Below, piece after piece: positions 47,604-56,784 of a stretch of DNA of 64,000 bases. The DNA comes from an uncultured Candidatus Saccharibacteria bacterium (lineage in GTDB: Bacteria > Patescibacteriota > Minisyncoccia > Phycocordibacterales > CAZNKJ01). The notes below the pieces were generated by a model, which did no database searches, was not told where the DNA came from, and saw nothing but the letters and a program-made list of their open reading frames with translations. The stretch covers positions 2,075 to 66,074 of the forward strand of contig CAZNKJ010000002.1 in NCBI GenBank assembly GCA_964574145.1, in the 5' to 3' direction. Within the stretch, counting starts at the first letter, position 1, and each line of letters starts with the position of its first letter. The position numbers and the translations under genes were made by a program.

Positions 47604-49448
47604 TTATTCAAGAATCGCTTTTATTCGACGAACACCTGCTGAACTTGCTTCTTCCTTTTTAATTTTAAAATGTCCAAGTATTTTTGTGTTTTCTACGTGA
47701 GGACCACCACAACATTCTATACTGTAGTTTCCAATCTTATATACTTTAACAATATCGTCATATTTTTCTCCAAACAAACCTATTGCACCAAGAGACCTTG
47801 CTTTTTCTAAAGACATTTCCTCGCAAGTAACTTTAAGGTTGTCAGAAATTTTTTCATTAACAATGTTTTCTACTTTTTGTTTTTCTTCCATAGTTAATTT
47901 TTTCTCATGAGAAAAATCAAAACGTAGACGTAAGTCGGTAATATTACTGCCACGCTGTTCAACAGTGTCCCCAAGTACATCTTTTAAAGCTTGGTGTAGT
48001 AAGTGTGTAGCAGTGTGATATTTTATAGACATTTCTTCATGATCTGCTAGACCTCCCTTGAATTTTTGTTTAGCTCCTAATCTTGAAGTTTCTTGATGCT
48101 TGAGCATTTCTTTTTTGAAACCTTCTTCATCAACTTTTATTCCCTTTTCTTGTGCTAATTCTCGAGTTAATTCAAATGGAAATCCATAAGTTGAAAAAAG
48201 TATAAAGGCGTTTCTGCCCGTAATATCTGAATTTGAAAATTTATTAAACTGTTTTAACCCCAGATCTAGTGTGATAGAAAATCTTGCTTCTTCTTCTGAT
48301 ATAATTTTATTTATTTTAATTTCTTGGTCACCAATATTTGGATACTGTTTTTTGTATTCTTCAGCTATTACATTTACAAATGAACCAATAGTTATATCTG
48401 GTTTTAACTTATGCAATTGAAGAATCGCTCTTCTCAGAAGTCTACGTATAAAATACCCTTGTTCCGTATTGCTTGGATACACACCATCTCCTATCATAAA
48501 AACAGCTCCACGAATATGGTCTGCGATTACTCTGAAGGCAAATTTGTTGTCAGCATACTCTTTGCTTGTTAATTCTTCTATTTTTTTTATTATATTCCAC
48601 AAGCTATCTACTCTAAAAACATCCCCGTCATTATTTGCAGCCGCTGTGATCCGTTCTAGACCTCCTCCAAAATCAACATTTCGTTGTTTCATTTCAGCAA
48701 ATGAATCATTTTTATTTTTTATATATTGCATAAAAACAGAATTTCCTATCTCCATAAACCTCCCACAATCACAATTTGGATGACAGTGTTTGCCGAAAGA
48801 TTTATCGTGAGGAATATCAAATTCATAGAAAATCTCAGAATCTGGCCCTCCTGGTTCTCCTGCAGGCATATTTTCAGGAACCCCAGTTCTTGACCACCAG
48901 TTTTTTTTAGCATCATAGTAAAAGATACGTTCTCCTTCTTTCATTCCCCGATCTCCACCATTTTTTTCACTTCCTATATAGATGTCTTTTGCAACAATCC
49001 CTTTACTGATGAATAATTGTTTCCAGATAGAGGCTGATTCAATATCTCTTGGTATATTATTTGATTTATCTCCAGCAAAGACGGTTACATAACACCTGTT
49101 TGGGTCTAATGAAATTTTTTCAATTAAAAATTCAAAACACCAACTAAGTTGATCTTCTTTAAAATATTCTCCTAAAGACCAGTTGCCAAGCATTTCAAAA
49201 AAAGTTGTGTGACGATTATCCCCCACTTCCTCTATGTCTTCCGCTCGAAAACATTTTTGTGAATCTACCAACCTTTTTCCTTGAGGATGTTCTTTACCCA
49301 ATAGATATGGTAATAAAGATTGCATACCAGATCCAGTAAATAAAGTGGTTGGGTCGTTTTCTGGCACTAAAGAGGCTGATGGTATTACAACATGTTTTTT
49401 TTCTTTGAAGAAATCTAGATATAATCTTCTTATTTCATTTGTTTTCAT
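47604..49448 (-). CDS. alaS: Alanine--tRNA ligase (short; editing domain kept, C-Ala domain absent)
   Basis: DPTTLFT, HTTFFEMLGNWS, GGGLER, ADHIR, TYGFP, HTATHLL, CCGGPHV, AGVRRIKA at the very end. Confidence 0.96.
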   Translation of the reverse strand: MKTNEIRRLYLDFFKEKKHVVIPSASLVPENDPTTLFTGSGMQSLLPYLLGKEHPQGKRLVDSQKCFRAEDIEEVGDNRHTTFFEMLGNWSLGEYFKEDQLSWCFEFLIEKISLDPNRCYVTVFAGDKSNNIPRDIESASIWKQLFISKGIVAKDIYIGSEKNGGDRGMKEGERIFYYDAKKNWWSRTGVPENMPAGEPGGPDSEIFYEFDIPHDKSFGKHCHPNCDCGRFMEIGNSVFMQYIKNKNDSFAEMKQRNVDFGGGLERITAAANNDGDVFRVDSLWNIIKKIEELTSKEYADNKFAFRVIADHIRGAVFMIGDGVYPSNTEQGYFIRRLLRRAILQLHKLKPDITIGSFVNVIAEEYKKQYPNIGDQEIKINKIISEEEARFSITLDLGLKQFNKFSNSDITGRNAFILFSTYGFPFELTRELAQEKGIKVDEEGFKKEMLKHQETSRLGAKQKFKGGLADHEEMSIKYHTATHLLHQALKDVLGDTVEQRGSNITDLRLRFDFSHEKKLTMEEKQKVENIVNEKISDNLKVTCEEMSLEKARSLGAIGLFGEKYDDIVKVYKIGNYSIECCGGPHVENTKILGHFKIKKEEASSAGVRRIKAILE

Positions 49449-49538
49449 TTTTAACTTTCTATAATTTTCTAAAAAAGAAAGACTCTTATTTGCACAGAGT
49501 ATAACGAAATGGTTATTTTTTCAACAATTTTATTTTGG

Positions 49539-51326
49539 TTAAAGTAGTTTGTCTAATTTTTTGATATCGTTTTCTATACTCTCTATTCCTTTTTTGAAAA
49601 AATTTGGATTTCTGGTGTCTATTCCAATATTCATAAAAATTTCTTCTGGTGAGGTACTCGCTCCAGCAGATAAGAAAGATTTTATTTCATTTTTGAAATT
49701 TTTATTTTCTCTATATTTTTCTACCATAGCTCTACTTATTATTTGACCGTAAGCATATGAATATACGTAAAAGAATCGTCGAAAATGAGACACAGCTACA
49801 AAAAAATATCCATCCAAGTCTTTTAAAGAAAAAAGAGGACCTAGGTATTCTTTCATGTGTTTATTTAGTGTCTTCGCTATCTTTTCTTTAGACATGAACC
49901 CCTCCTCTCTTATTTTTACATGTAATTCCTCTTCAAAATTAAAAAAGGCTATTTGTCTAAAAATAGAATTGACATCATCACTTATTTTGTCATGTAAAGC
50001 TATCTTTTTTTCTGAATAAGACAAGTTTTTAAATATTGCATCAAAAGCTAATTGTTCAAAAAGAGTACTTGCTGTCTCTGCGACAGAAGTGCTGTGTCCT
50101 TGGTAGAAAGCAGGCTGTTTTTTAGACATCTCAGCGTGTATAGCATGACCCATCTCGTGTGCGAGAGTTGTGTAAGATCTAAAATCATTTGTATGATTAA
50201 GTAGCACCATAGTTGGTACTCCAACAGAACTAGAACAATAAGCTCCACCTGTCTTCCCTTTTTGTGGGTACACATCTATCTGCCCCTTTTTTAGAAAAGA
50301 ATTAAATATATCTAGATACTTAGGATCAATGTCTTTTAATACGTCTCGATAAAGATCACAAGCATCTTTGAATAAAATTTTATGTTTTGTTTTTCCTACA
50401 GAAGCATTTCTATCAACATATTTCAGTTTTTTTAAGCCCAACATTTTACTTTTTACTTCGTAGAAACGATGTGCAACATTGTTCATTTCAGTTACACACT
50501 TTACAAGACCAATTACACTTTTTTCTTCATTTTCGTAACCTAATATAGTAGAACTATATGGTTTTTTAAAACCGCGCAATTCGTCATCTGTCTTTTTATT
50601 TAATACCACTGCATTTAATTCACTTTCAGCAAAATCACTGATCTCTTTAAACTTACCGAGAATAGAATCGTGCAGACTATGTCGATCTTTTGTTTTTAAA
50701 GAAGGGAGGATACCCATTGCTTCTGCAATAGGTAATTTTTTTTTCTTGTAAGTAATTATTTGAGTAGAAATCAATTTATCAACTCCATCTACCCATAAGG
50801 AGTAACTGGTCTGTGATTTTAGGTTTAAGATTTTCTCTTCAGGTTCGGATAAATCATATTTACTTTCTTCAAAAATTCTTTTCAGGAAATAACGATACTT
50901 GCCCAGAGTTGGATTGTTTAGAAAACTTTTTTGTAACTTGGAATCAATACGACCAAGCCTTAACAGAAAAAACAAAATTTTATTACCTAATTTTGTAAAC
51001 TCATCTTCCAGTTTAGTAAGTTTGGAGACAGCGTCCGAATCCGATGAATTAAGTTCTTTTAAATATAGATAATAAAACAAAGCACGCTCCCCAGAGGAGT
51101 CTGCTTCTAGTTTTTCATAATCCTCTAAAGCATGTAACAGTTTATTTGCATCTTTAAGATAGTCTGTTTTTGGTTTGTACTTTTTTTCAAAAGCAATAAT
51201 TATTTTTTTCTCTTTTTCAACGTCACTCTTTATATCTTTAGAATTTCGTGAATTATAAAAAAGCTGTAAATTCCACTTTGTTTTCATATTAATATCTGCT
51301 GTATTATGTATTAATAGATCTGACAA
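49539..51326 (-). CDS. Oligoendopeptidase F (M3B)
   Basis: KWNL, GKTGGAYC, TLAHEMGHAIH, AETAS, FYVYSYA. Confidence 0.92.
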   Translation of the reverse strand: MSDLLIHNTADINMKTKWNLQLFYNSRNSKDIKSDVEKEKKIIIAFEKKYKPKTDYLKDANKLLHALEDYEKLEADSSGERALFYYLYLKELNSSDSDAVSKLTKLEDEFTKLGNKILFFLLRLGRIDSKLQKSFLNNPTLGKYRYFLKRIFEESKYDLSEPEEKILNLKSQTSYSLWVDGVDKLISTQIITYKKKKLPIAEAMGILPSLKTKDRHSLHDSILGKFKEISDFAESELNAVVLNKKTDDELRGFKKPYSSTILGYENEEKSVIGLVKCVTEMNNVAHRFYEVKSKMLGLKKLKYVDRNASVGKTKHKILFKDACDLYRDVLKDIDPKYLDIFNSFLKKGQIDVYPQKGKTGGAYCSSSVGVPTMVLLNHTNDFRSYTTLAHEMGHAIHAEMSKKQPAFYQGHSTSVAETASTLFEQLAFDAIFKNLSYSEKKIALHDKISDDVNSIFRQIAFFNFEEELHVKIREEGFMSKEKIAKTLNKHMKEYLGPLFSLKDLDGYFFVAVSHFRRFFYVYSYAYGQIISRAMVEKYRENKNFKNEIKSFLSAGASTSPEEIFMNIGIDTRNPNFFKKGIESIENDIKKLDKLL

Positions 51327-51353
51327 AGCAATGGATTGCTAATATCATAGATA

Positions 51354-51917
51354 TTAAATTTTGCGTAAAAAGAATTTATAATCACTGAAAACTTTTTCTA
51401 GTTTTTTTACGATAGGTGATTTTAATTTTGATTTAATTATCTCTATTATTTCTTCATAAAATTCTATTCGGGTTTCAACAGTTCCTGAAAATTCTTTAAG
51501 AAAAGAAGAAGGTACTTCCTTGTACCCAATTAGAATAGAAGCAAAATTATGTATTTTATCCGCCGAAGCAACAAGCAAGGATTCTGTAGGCGCAGACTTT
51601 AATCCTGTGATATATCCCTTTTTTCTCTTCCCCCAAGACTTTGCATTTTTAGGTTCAGTAACACCAACCACTATATTTCTTACTTTAGCTCCAAAATCCT
51701 TCAACATTTTTTCTTCTGTATATTCGGTGTCTTCTAAGGTGTCATGCAAAAGTGCTGCGATAATGATATCTTCATCATTGGTGTAATTAGAGACTATCAA
51801 AGCTACAGAAAAAAGGTGGGTAATATAAGGAAGCTGAACAGAACCCTTACGTTTCTGTCCTTTGTGAAATTCTCCTATAACACAAATAGCTTTTTCTATT
51901 CTGTCGGAATATTTCAT
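51354..51917 (-). CDS. Stand-alone HD-domain (p)ppGpp hydrolase-like protein (Mesh1/SAH)
   Basis: HKGQKRK..PYITH, AALLHDTLEDT, ADKIHN. Confidence 0.85.
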   Translation of the reverse strand: MKYSDRIEKAICVIGEFHKGQKRKGSVQLPYITHLFSVALIVSNYTNDEDIIIAALLHDTLEDTEYTEEKMLKDFGAKVRNIVVGVTEPKNAKSWGKRKKGYITGLKSAPTESLLVASADKIHNFASILIGYKEVPSSFLKEFSGTVETRIEFYEEIIEIIKSKLKSPIVKKLEKVFSDYKFFLRKI

Positions 51918-52522
51918 TAGCCCACCTTGTTAAGAGTGGCTAATACTTTAAAATCTTTCTCCAGAGTAGTTATTAGATCTCTATTATATATAGCTGCCGC
52001 AGGATGATATTGAGGTGCTATGAGTACAGGTCCATAAGATGTTTTAGTTTTATATATTTTGCCATGAGCTGTGCTGATTGGTTCAAGTTCAGACTCAAGA
52101 TCAAATTTCTTCATGATATAAATCATTGAATAACGACCTAGGGTTGCAATAACAGAGGGTTGAATTATCTCTATTTGCCTATCTAGGAAAGGTCCGTATA
52201 TCTCTATTTCAGAAGGAAGTGGGTCTCGGTTTTCAGGAGGACGATCTTTTACTATATTAGTTATATAAACGTCTTCTCGCGCAATTTTTATAGAAGCGAG
52301 CAATCTATCTAAAGTTTTTCCAGCCGCGCCGCAAAAAGGTTTCCCTTGTTTAGCCTCATTTCTTCCTGGCGCTTCACCAATAAACATAATATTTGCATTA
52401 TGATCACCTTCTCCAAGGACAGGATAGTAATTATTTTCTGTACGAAAATTATATAGCGGAGATTTGTTTAAAGTAAAAACCTCATCTCGTATAGATTCCA
52501 TCTCTTTTGTTTTGTTTTTCAT
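51917..52522 (-). CDS. Uracil-DNA glycosylase, family 4-like
   Basis: GEAPG, PFCGAAG, YITNIVK.RPP.NR.P, TLGR, YHPAA. Confidence 0.92.
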   Translation of the reverse strand: MKNKTKEMESIRDEVFTLNKSPLYNFRTENNYYPVLGEGDHNANIMFIGEAPGRNEAKQGKPFCGAAGKTLDRLLASIKIAREDVYITNIVKDRPPENRDPLPSEIEIYGPFLDRQIEIIQPSVIATLGRYSMIYIMKKFDLESELEPISTAHGKIYKTKTSYGPVLIAPQYHPAAAIYNRDLITTLEKDFKVLATLNKVG

Positions 52523-52803
52523 AGAGCTTTTTCTTTTTTAAGCATCTCTATTTTCTTTTGTCTACCACCATTATATCCTCCTGGGGTGCCATTCTTACGT
52601 ATGACACGATGACATGGTATATCTGGATTGTGGTTCGCTTTCATTATATTTCCAACAGCTCTGTGTGCGAGAGGGTTACCTGCTTTCTCAGCAACTTCTT
52701 TGTAAGACATTGTTTCGCCTGAAGGAATAGCTTTTACTATAAAAAGTACCCTGTCTTTAAACCCTAGCTGATCTAAATATTTAAATATCTTACTCATAAT
52801 CAA
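52519..52803 (-). CDS. Minimal O6-methylguanine-DNA methyltransferase (C-terminal domain only)
   Basis: IPSGETMSYKEVA, RAVG, IPCHRVI, GGYNGG, LKKE. Confidence 0.9.
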   Translation of the reverse strand: MIMSKIFKYLDQLGFKDRVLFIVKAIPSGETMSYKEVAEKAGNPLAHRAVGNIMKANHNPDIPCHRVIRKNGTPGGYNGGRQKKIEMLKKEKAL

Positions 52804-52813
52804 TTAGGTTGTA

Positions 52814-53650
52814 TTAAAACAAGGTTGGAGTATCGCTCAAACTTTCTCTACACACGTCTTTTCTTTGTCTTTTCTGCTTGGTTCGACCTTGATCCAGATA
52901 CATTTTTTGTAATTTTTTCCCGGAAGCCTCTCTATAAGAACAAAATTCACAATTATTACCTGAGATGGGAATATTATTACTCTCAAGACATTTTTTGATT
53001 TTCTCCAAAGTTGGTTCTATCCATTCTGTTTGTCCATCACATGGAACGACTGTTATTTCAAATTTTAATTTTCCATCAAAAACATCCTCTTCGGCACGAG
53101 CATTAGCATAAACAAAATATCCAGTTTTACTTACAGGAAAATTATTTTGAAGAAGAAGCCATTGATATACTCCTATTTGTCTCTTGTATTGATCTTCCCA
53201 AGAAGAATCAGATAAAGATTCTATTCTTCCTTTTTTAGAAGTTGATTTATAATCAACTACAATCAGCTCCCCTCTTTCATTTTGCCATATATCATCTACG
53301 GCTCCTGAAACAATAAAACCTGTAGGTTTATGTGTAAACTGTAAACCTTTAAAATTTTCTCTCCAAATATCCATATCTTTATGTTCATACGGTATTGCTT
53401 TAATAGAGTTTTGTGTCATTAGAGGGTGTGATTCCTTTTTTGCACGATAAATATCAAACTCTTTTTTAAAGAGAGTATCAACTGCTATATTTATAGTAAA
53501 AGCAGGCCCTCTTGGGCGGGCTGTGCCTAATTTATTGTTCAAATAGAAACAACGAGGACATTCTATAAAAAGATCTATTTTTGATCGAGAAAGCCTCCAT
53601 TTTTTACCTCCATAATTCCAATCTGAAGAACGGTTTGGGTTATATGCCAT
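52814..53650 (-). CDS. PD-(D/E)XK nuclease (RecB/Cas4-like)
   Basis: LSRSKI...CPRCFY, GAVDD, VVDYKS, QIGVY, CEFC; start at ATG 53650 (MAYNP). Confidence 0.88.
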   Translation of the reverse strand: MAYNPNRSSDWNYGGKKWRLSRSKIDLFIECPRCFYLNNKLGTARPRGPAFTINIAVDTLFKKEFDIYRAKKESHPLMTQNSIKAIPYEHKDMDIWRENFKGLQFTHKPTGFIVSGAVDDIWQNERGELIVVDYKSTSKKGRIESLSDSSWEDQYKRQIGVYQWLLLQNNFPVSKTGYFVYANARAEEDVFDGKLKFEITVVPCDGQTEWIEPTLEKIKKCLESNNIPISGNNCEFCSYREASGKKLQKMYLDQGRTKQKRQRKDVCRESLSDTPTLF

Positions 53651-53694
53651 TGGCAATACTATATCACAGACATAGCAACATCTGGTATAGAGAT

Positions 53695-54195
53695 TCAATC
53701 TTCGTCTTCAAAATCATCATCTACTACACGAGTATGGTTTCCATCATAGGAAAAAAACTTCAAACGACTCTCGACAAACCAAAGAATAGAAAAAACAAAA
53801 AGAGTTAAAATGGTTGTGAAAGTTGCTAAAATATATAATTTATAACCAGTAGCTACTCCAACACCTGCAGCTACCCAAAGACCTGCTGCTGTTGTAATTC
53901 CGCGCACTGATGATTCTCTGACAATAATGAGCCCTGCTCCGATAAAGCCAACCCCTGTAATAATTCCCGACATGACACGAAGAGGGTCCACATTCGTAAT
54001 ACCTATCAAAGTTTGTGCAACTACAGTTGAAATTATAATAAACAAACAAGCTCCTAGAGAAACGAGTGCGTATGTACGCATTCCCGCAGTTTTTCCAGCT
54101 ATTGCTCTTTCGGCTCCCAAAGACATACCTAATATCATAGCGATAAGTAGTTGTAAAAAGAGAGATATTTCTGAGCTAATGGATAATATTTCCAT
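53695..54195 (-). CDS. MgtC/SapB-family membrane protein
   Basis: GAER, AGMRTYALV, DPLR, GVGFIGAG, GITTAAGLW. Confidence 0.94.
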   Translation of the reverse strand: MEILSISSEISLFLQLLIAMILGMSLGAERAIAGKTAGMRTYALVSLGACLFIIISTVVAQTLIGITNVDPLRVMSGIITGVGFIGAGLIIVRESSVRGITTAAGLWVAAGVGVATGYKLYILATFTTILTLFVFSILWFVESRLKFFSYDGNHTRVVDDDFEDED

Positions 54196-54221
54196 TGTAT
54201 TTTTAATTTAATCTAATGCTA

Positions 54222-54731
54222 CTAAATAGTTTCAAATGTAGCCATTATTGGTTGCTGGTCTTTATCAATAAGAATAGAATCCACACCTAACTCAAAAGCT
54301 CTATCTCCATTGTCGCTATAAAGTACAGCATAATATATATTACCGGGGGTAGTGTCTCGAAGAAGCTCTACACTACCTCGCGAAACACCCTCTGGGAACA
54401 AGTAAGCCCCTAGTACGTTACCTAACTTACCATTAAGGTCTTCATGTATAGCAACCCATCCTGAGTGTTCAAGAATTACATTAGAAACACGAACATAACT
54501 TCCCGCCTCTTGATTAACAATATCTACTCGTGCTGTTTCGCCAGAGAGAACAGGAAAACCTTTCTTTGTTAATGTTCTTTCTTCTTTTGTTATCACCTTT
54601 TCTTCCTTTTGGTATTTTTCAGAATTTTTAACTTTAGTATCGATATTCCATATTAAAACAGTACCGATTCCTATAGTAAATCCAACAAAAGCAGAAATGA
54701 GAATTTTTTGATTTATTGAAAGTGTATACAT
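54222..54731 (-). CDS. Hypothetical membrane-anchored protein with a beta-rich extracellular domain
   Basis: N-terminal TM; NQEAG, SGWVAIH, GNVLGA, YYAVLY.DNGD..F. Confidence 0.7.
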   Translation of the reverse strand: MYTLSINQKILISAFVGFTIGIGTVLIWNIDTKVKNSEKYQKEEKVITKEERTLTKKGFPVLSGETARVDIVNQEAGSYVRVSNVILEHSGWVAIHEDLNGKLGNVLGAYLFPEGVSRGSVELLRDTTPGNIYYAVLYSDNGDRAFELGVDSILIDKDQQPIMATFETI

Positions 54732-54781
54732 AATTCACATTTTTTTAGACTTGATTAAAATATTTTCTTCTACGAAAGTCA

Positions 54782-55609
54782 TTATACCCCTTTTGGAGTC
54801 TTACACAACAAAAGCCCCTCAGCTACAACTTTTTCTAATTTTTTCTCCGAAAAAACCTCTTTTAGTACTTCGGGCTTTGTGTGCAGCTGTTTACATAGGA
54901 TAATTCCTTTTTCAAGCAGAAGTTTTTTTTCTTGATTAGTAGGACTAACAAGAGCTGTGACTGGCTGGATACCAGTTTCTTCAATGAGATCTTGTAAAGA
55001 TCCACCCTCAGGGTAACTCCAAGACATCATGGTTAATCCACGACAAGTACCATATTCAACAGCATCTTTTGTAAAACGTGTATTGGTGATAAGCCATCCT
55101 TCGTCAACAACTTTTGGTTTTAAGTCAACGAAACGGGCATCTACATAAAGAGCTACTTTTAAATCGGAAGTTAGAGAAAGAGAATTATGAAATTTCATTT
55201 CTGCACCTATTCGCACACCATCTTTTTCTGCAATAAGATCTACTTCATGATTAGCGCACTTACCATTTGTAATAACTCCTGTTTTTGTACTATATCCCCG
55301 CGCTTTAAAAATTTCAGCGACAAAATCTTCAAAAGGAAATCCACTTGGACCTAGCTCTTGAACTGCTCTCTTCATAGAATAGCGAGCTGCAGGAATATGT
55401 GCTTTTCTTTTTTTTAGAAGAGAGAAGGCGTGTTTATATATATGAGAAGTGGTATCATTTTCTTGTACCTCTTTTTTTACATGCGCAACTATTGCATCAG
55501 AAATTGTAGGATCAGCCCCAGATCGTCTGAGAGAAGATCGGAGTTTTTCTGGAATAAACGGTTCAGTGTCACCATTCTGTTTTTTAATATTAGGATACTG
55601 ATTATTCAT
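54782..55609 (-). CDS. ATP-cone + Mrr-like restriction-endonuclease-fold protein
   Basis: IKKQNGDTEPF..EKL..SL (ATP cone); GPSGFPFE, HEVD, EMKFHN, ITNTRFT..A. Confidence 0.85.
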   Translation of the reverse strand: MNNQYPNIKKQNGDTEPFIPEKLRSSLRRSGADPTISDAIVAHVKKEVQENDTTSHIYKHAFSLLKKRKAHIPAARYSMKRAVQELGPSGFPFEDFVAEIFKARGYSTKTGVITNGKCANHEVDLIAEKDGVRIGAEMKFHNSLSLTSDLKVALYVDARFVDLKPKVVDEGWLITNTRFTKDAVEYGTCRGLTMMSWSYPEGGSLQDLIEETGIQPVTALVSPTNQEKKLLLEKGIILCKQLHTKPEVLKEVFSEKKLEKVVAEGLLLCKTPKGV

Positions 55610-55642
55610 TGTAACTATTAGTATAACGTGAAATTAAATATT

Positions 55643-56743
55643 TCAGACAATAATACCTCCCCCTAAACACCTTAATCCTTTGAAACCCTTAACTGACCCT
55701 TCTTCATATAACACCACAGATTGTCCACTTGAGACCAGAGGAAGAGTGTCTTTAAAGCATACTTTTGCAGTATTTTCGTCTTTTATAGCTATCAAAACAC
55801 TAAGCAAGTTACCTCGTAATCGTACCCTTGCTTTATATAGTTTATTTTTTTGCGGGATATCACCTATCCAATTGGTGTTCTTTATATTCAATTCATCAGA
55901 TTTTTTATTCAAAGATACTGGTTGGTTAGAAACTATTAAGATGTTTTCTTTTATATCCTTACCAACCACATAGAGAGCTTTGTGTAAAGATGTATCAGTT
56001 ATATGAAAACCGTGTCGCTCCCCCAAAGTAAAAAACTCAACTCCGTCATGTGTACCAACCTTCTTACCTGTCTCAGAGAGAACCACACACCCTTTTTTAC
56101 CAACAATGTAGTGGTGTAAGAAGTCTTTCATATTTATTGACCCAATAAAACATAACCCCTGACTATCTTTTTTCCGGGCAGTAGGTAAAGCATGCTTTAC
56201 AGCGATTCGGCGTGTTTCTTTTTTATTCATTCCACCAACAGGAAACTGCATAGACAGGAGGCTAGCATTTTCAACCGCCCACAGAAAATATGATTGATCT
56301 TTCTCCTTATCAACAGATTCCCAAAGAGTTGGAGTTTCGTTATTAAAAATTTGAGCATAATGCCCTGTAGCAACACCATCAGCCCCCATCTTTTTTGCCC
56401 ACTCAAGAAAAGCTCCAAATTTCACTTCCTTATTGCACAAAACATCAGGATTAGGAGTAAGTCCTTTATTATAACATTGCAACATTACCTCTATCACGCT
56501 TTTTTTATATACAGCCTCCAAGTCCAATGTTTTAAAAGTTATTCCAAGGTGAGCACAAACACGCATTGCGTCAAGTCTATCTTCTTTCCATGTACATTGA
56601 ATAAAATCAGGTTGCCATACTTTTATGAACACACCAACTACCTCATAATCCTGTTTCTTCAAAAGTAACGCGGAAACTGAACTATCTACTCCACCAGAGA
56701 GTCCGACATATATCTTTTTTCTTTTCTTATCCGAGTTAGTCAC
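55643..56743 (-). CDS. mnmA: tRNA 2-thiouridine(34) synthase
   Basis: GLSGGVDSSV, TPNPDVLCN, ATGHYA, KDQSYFL, DSQGLCF, GQSVV. Confidence 0.97.
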   Translation of the reverse strand: MTNSDKKRKKIYVGLSGGVDSSVSALLLKKQDYEVVGVFIKVWQPDFIQCTWKEDRLDAMRVCAHLGITFKTLDLEAVYKKSVIEVMLQCYNKGLTPNPDVLCNKEVKFGAFLEWAKKMGADGVATGHYAQIFNNETPTLWESVDKEKDQSYFLWAVENASLLSMQFPVGGMNKKETRRIAVKHALPTARKKDSQGLCFIGSINMKDFLHHYIVGKKGCVVLSETGKKVGTHDGVEFFTLGERHGFHITDTSLHKALYVVGKDIKENILIVSNQPVSLNKKSDELNIKNTNWIGDIPQKNKLYKARVRLRGNLLSVLIAIKDENTAKVCFKDTLPLVSSGQSVVLYEEGSVKGFKGLRCLGGGIIV

Positions 56744-56784
56744 ATTTGAGAGAATAGCAAAATTTTTTATTAAAATAAAGAAAA

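Noticed and set aside
52814-53650. Cas4 of a CRISPR-Cas locus
   Set aside because: No cas1/cas2 or array nearby; fits a stand-alone PD-(D/E)XK nuclease
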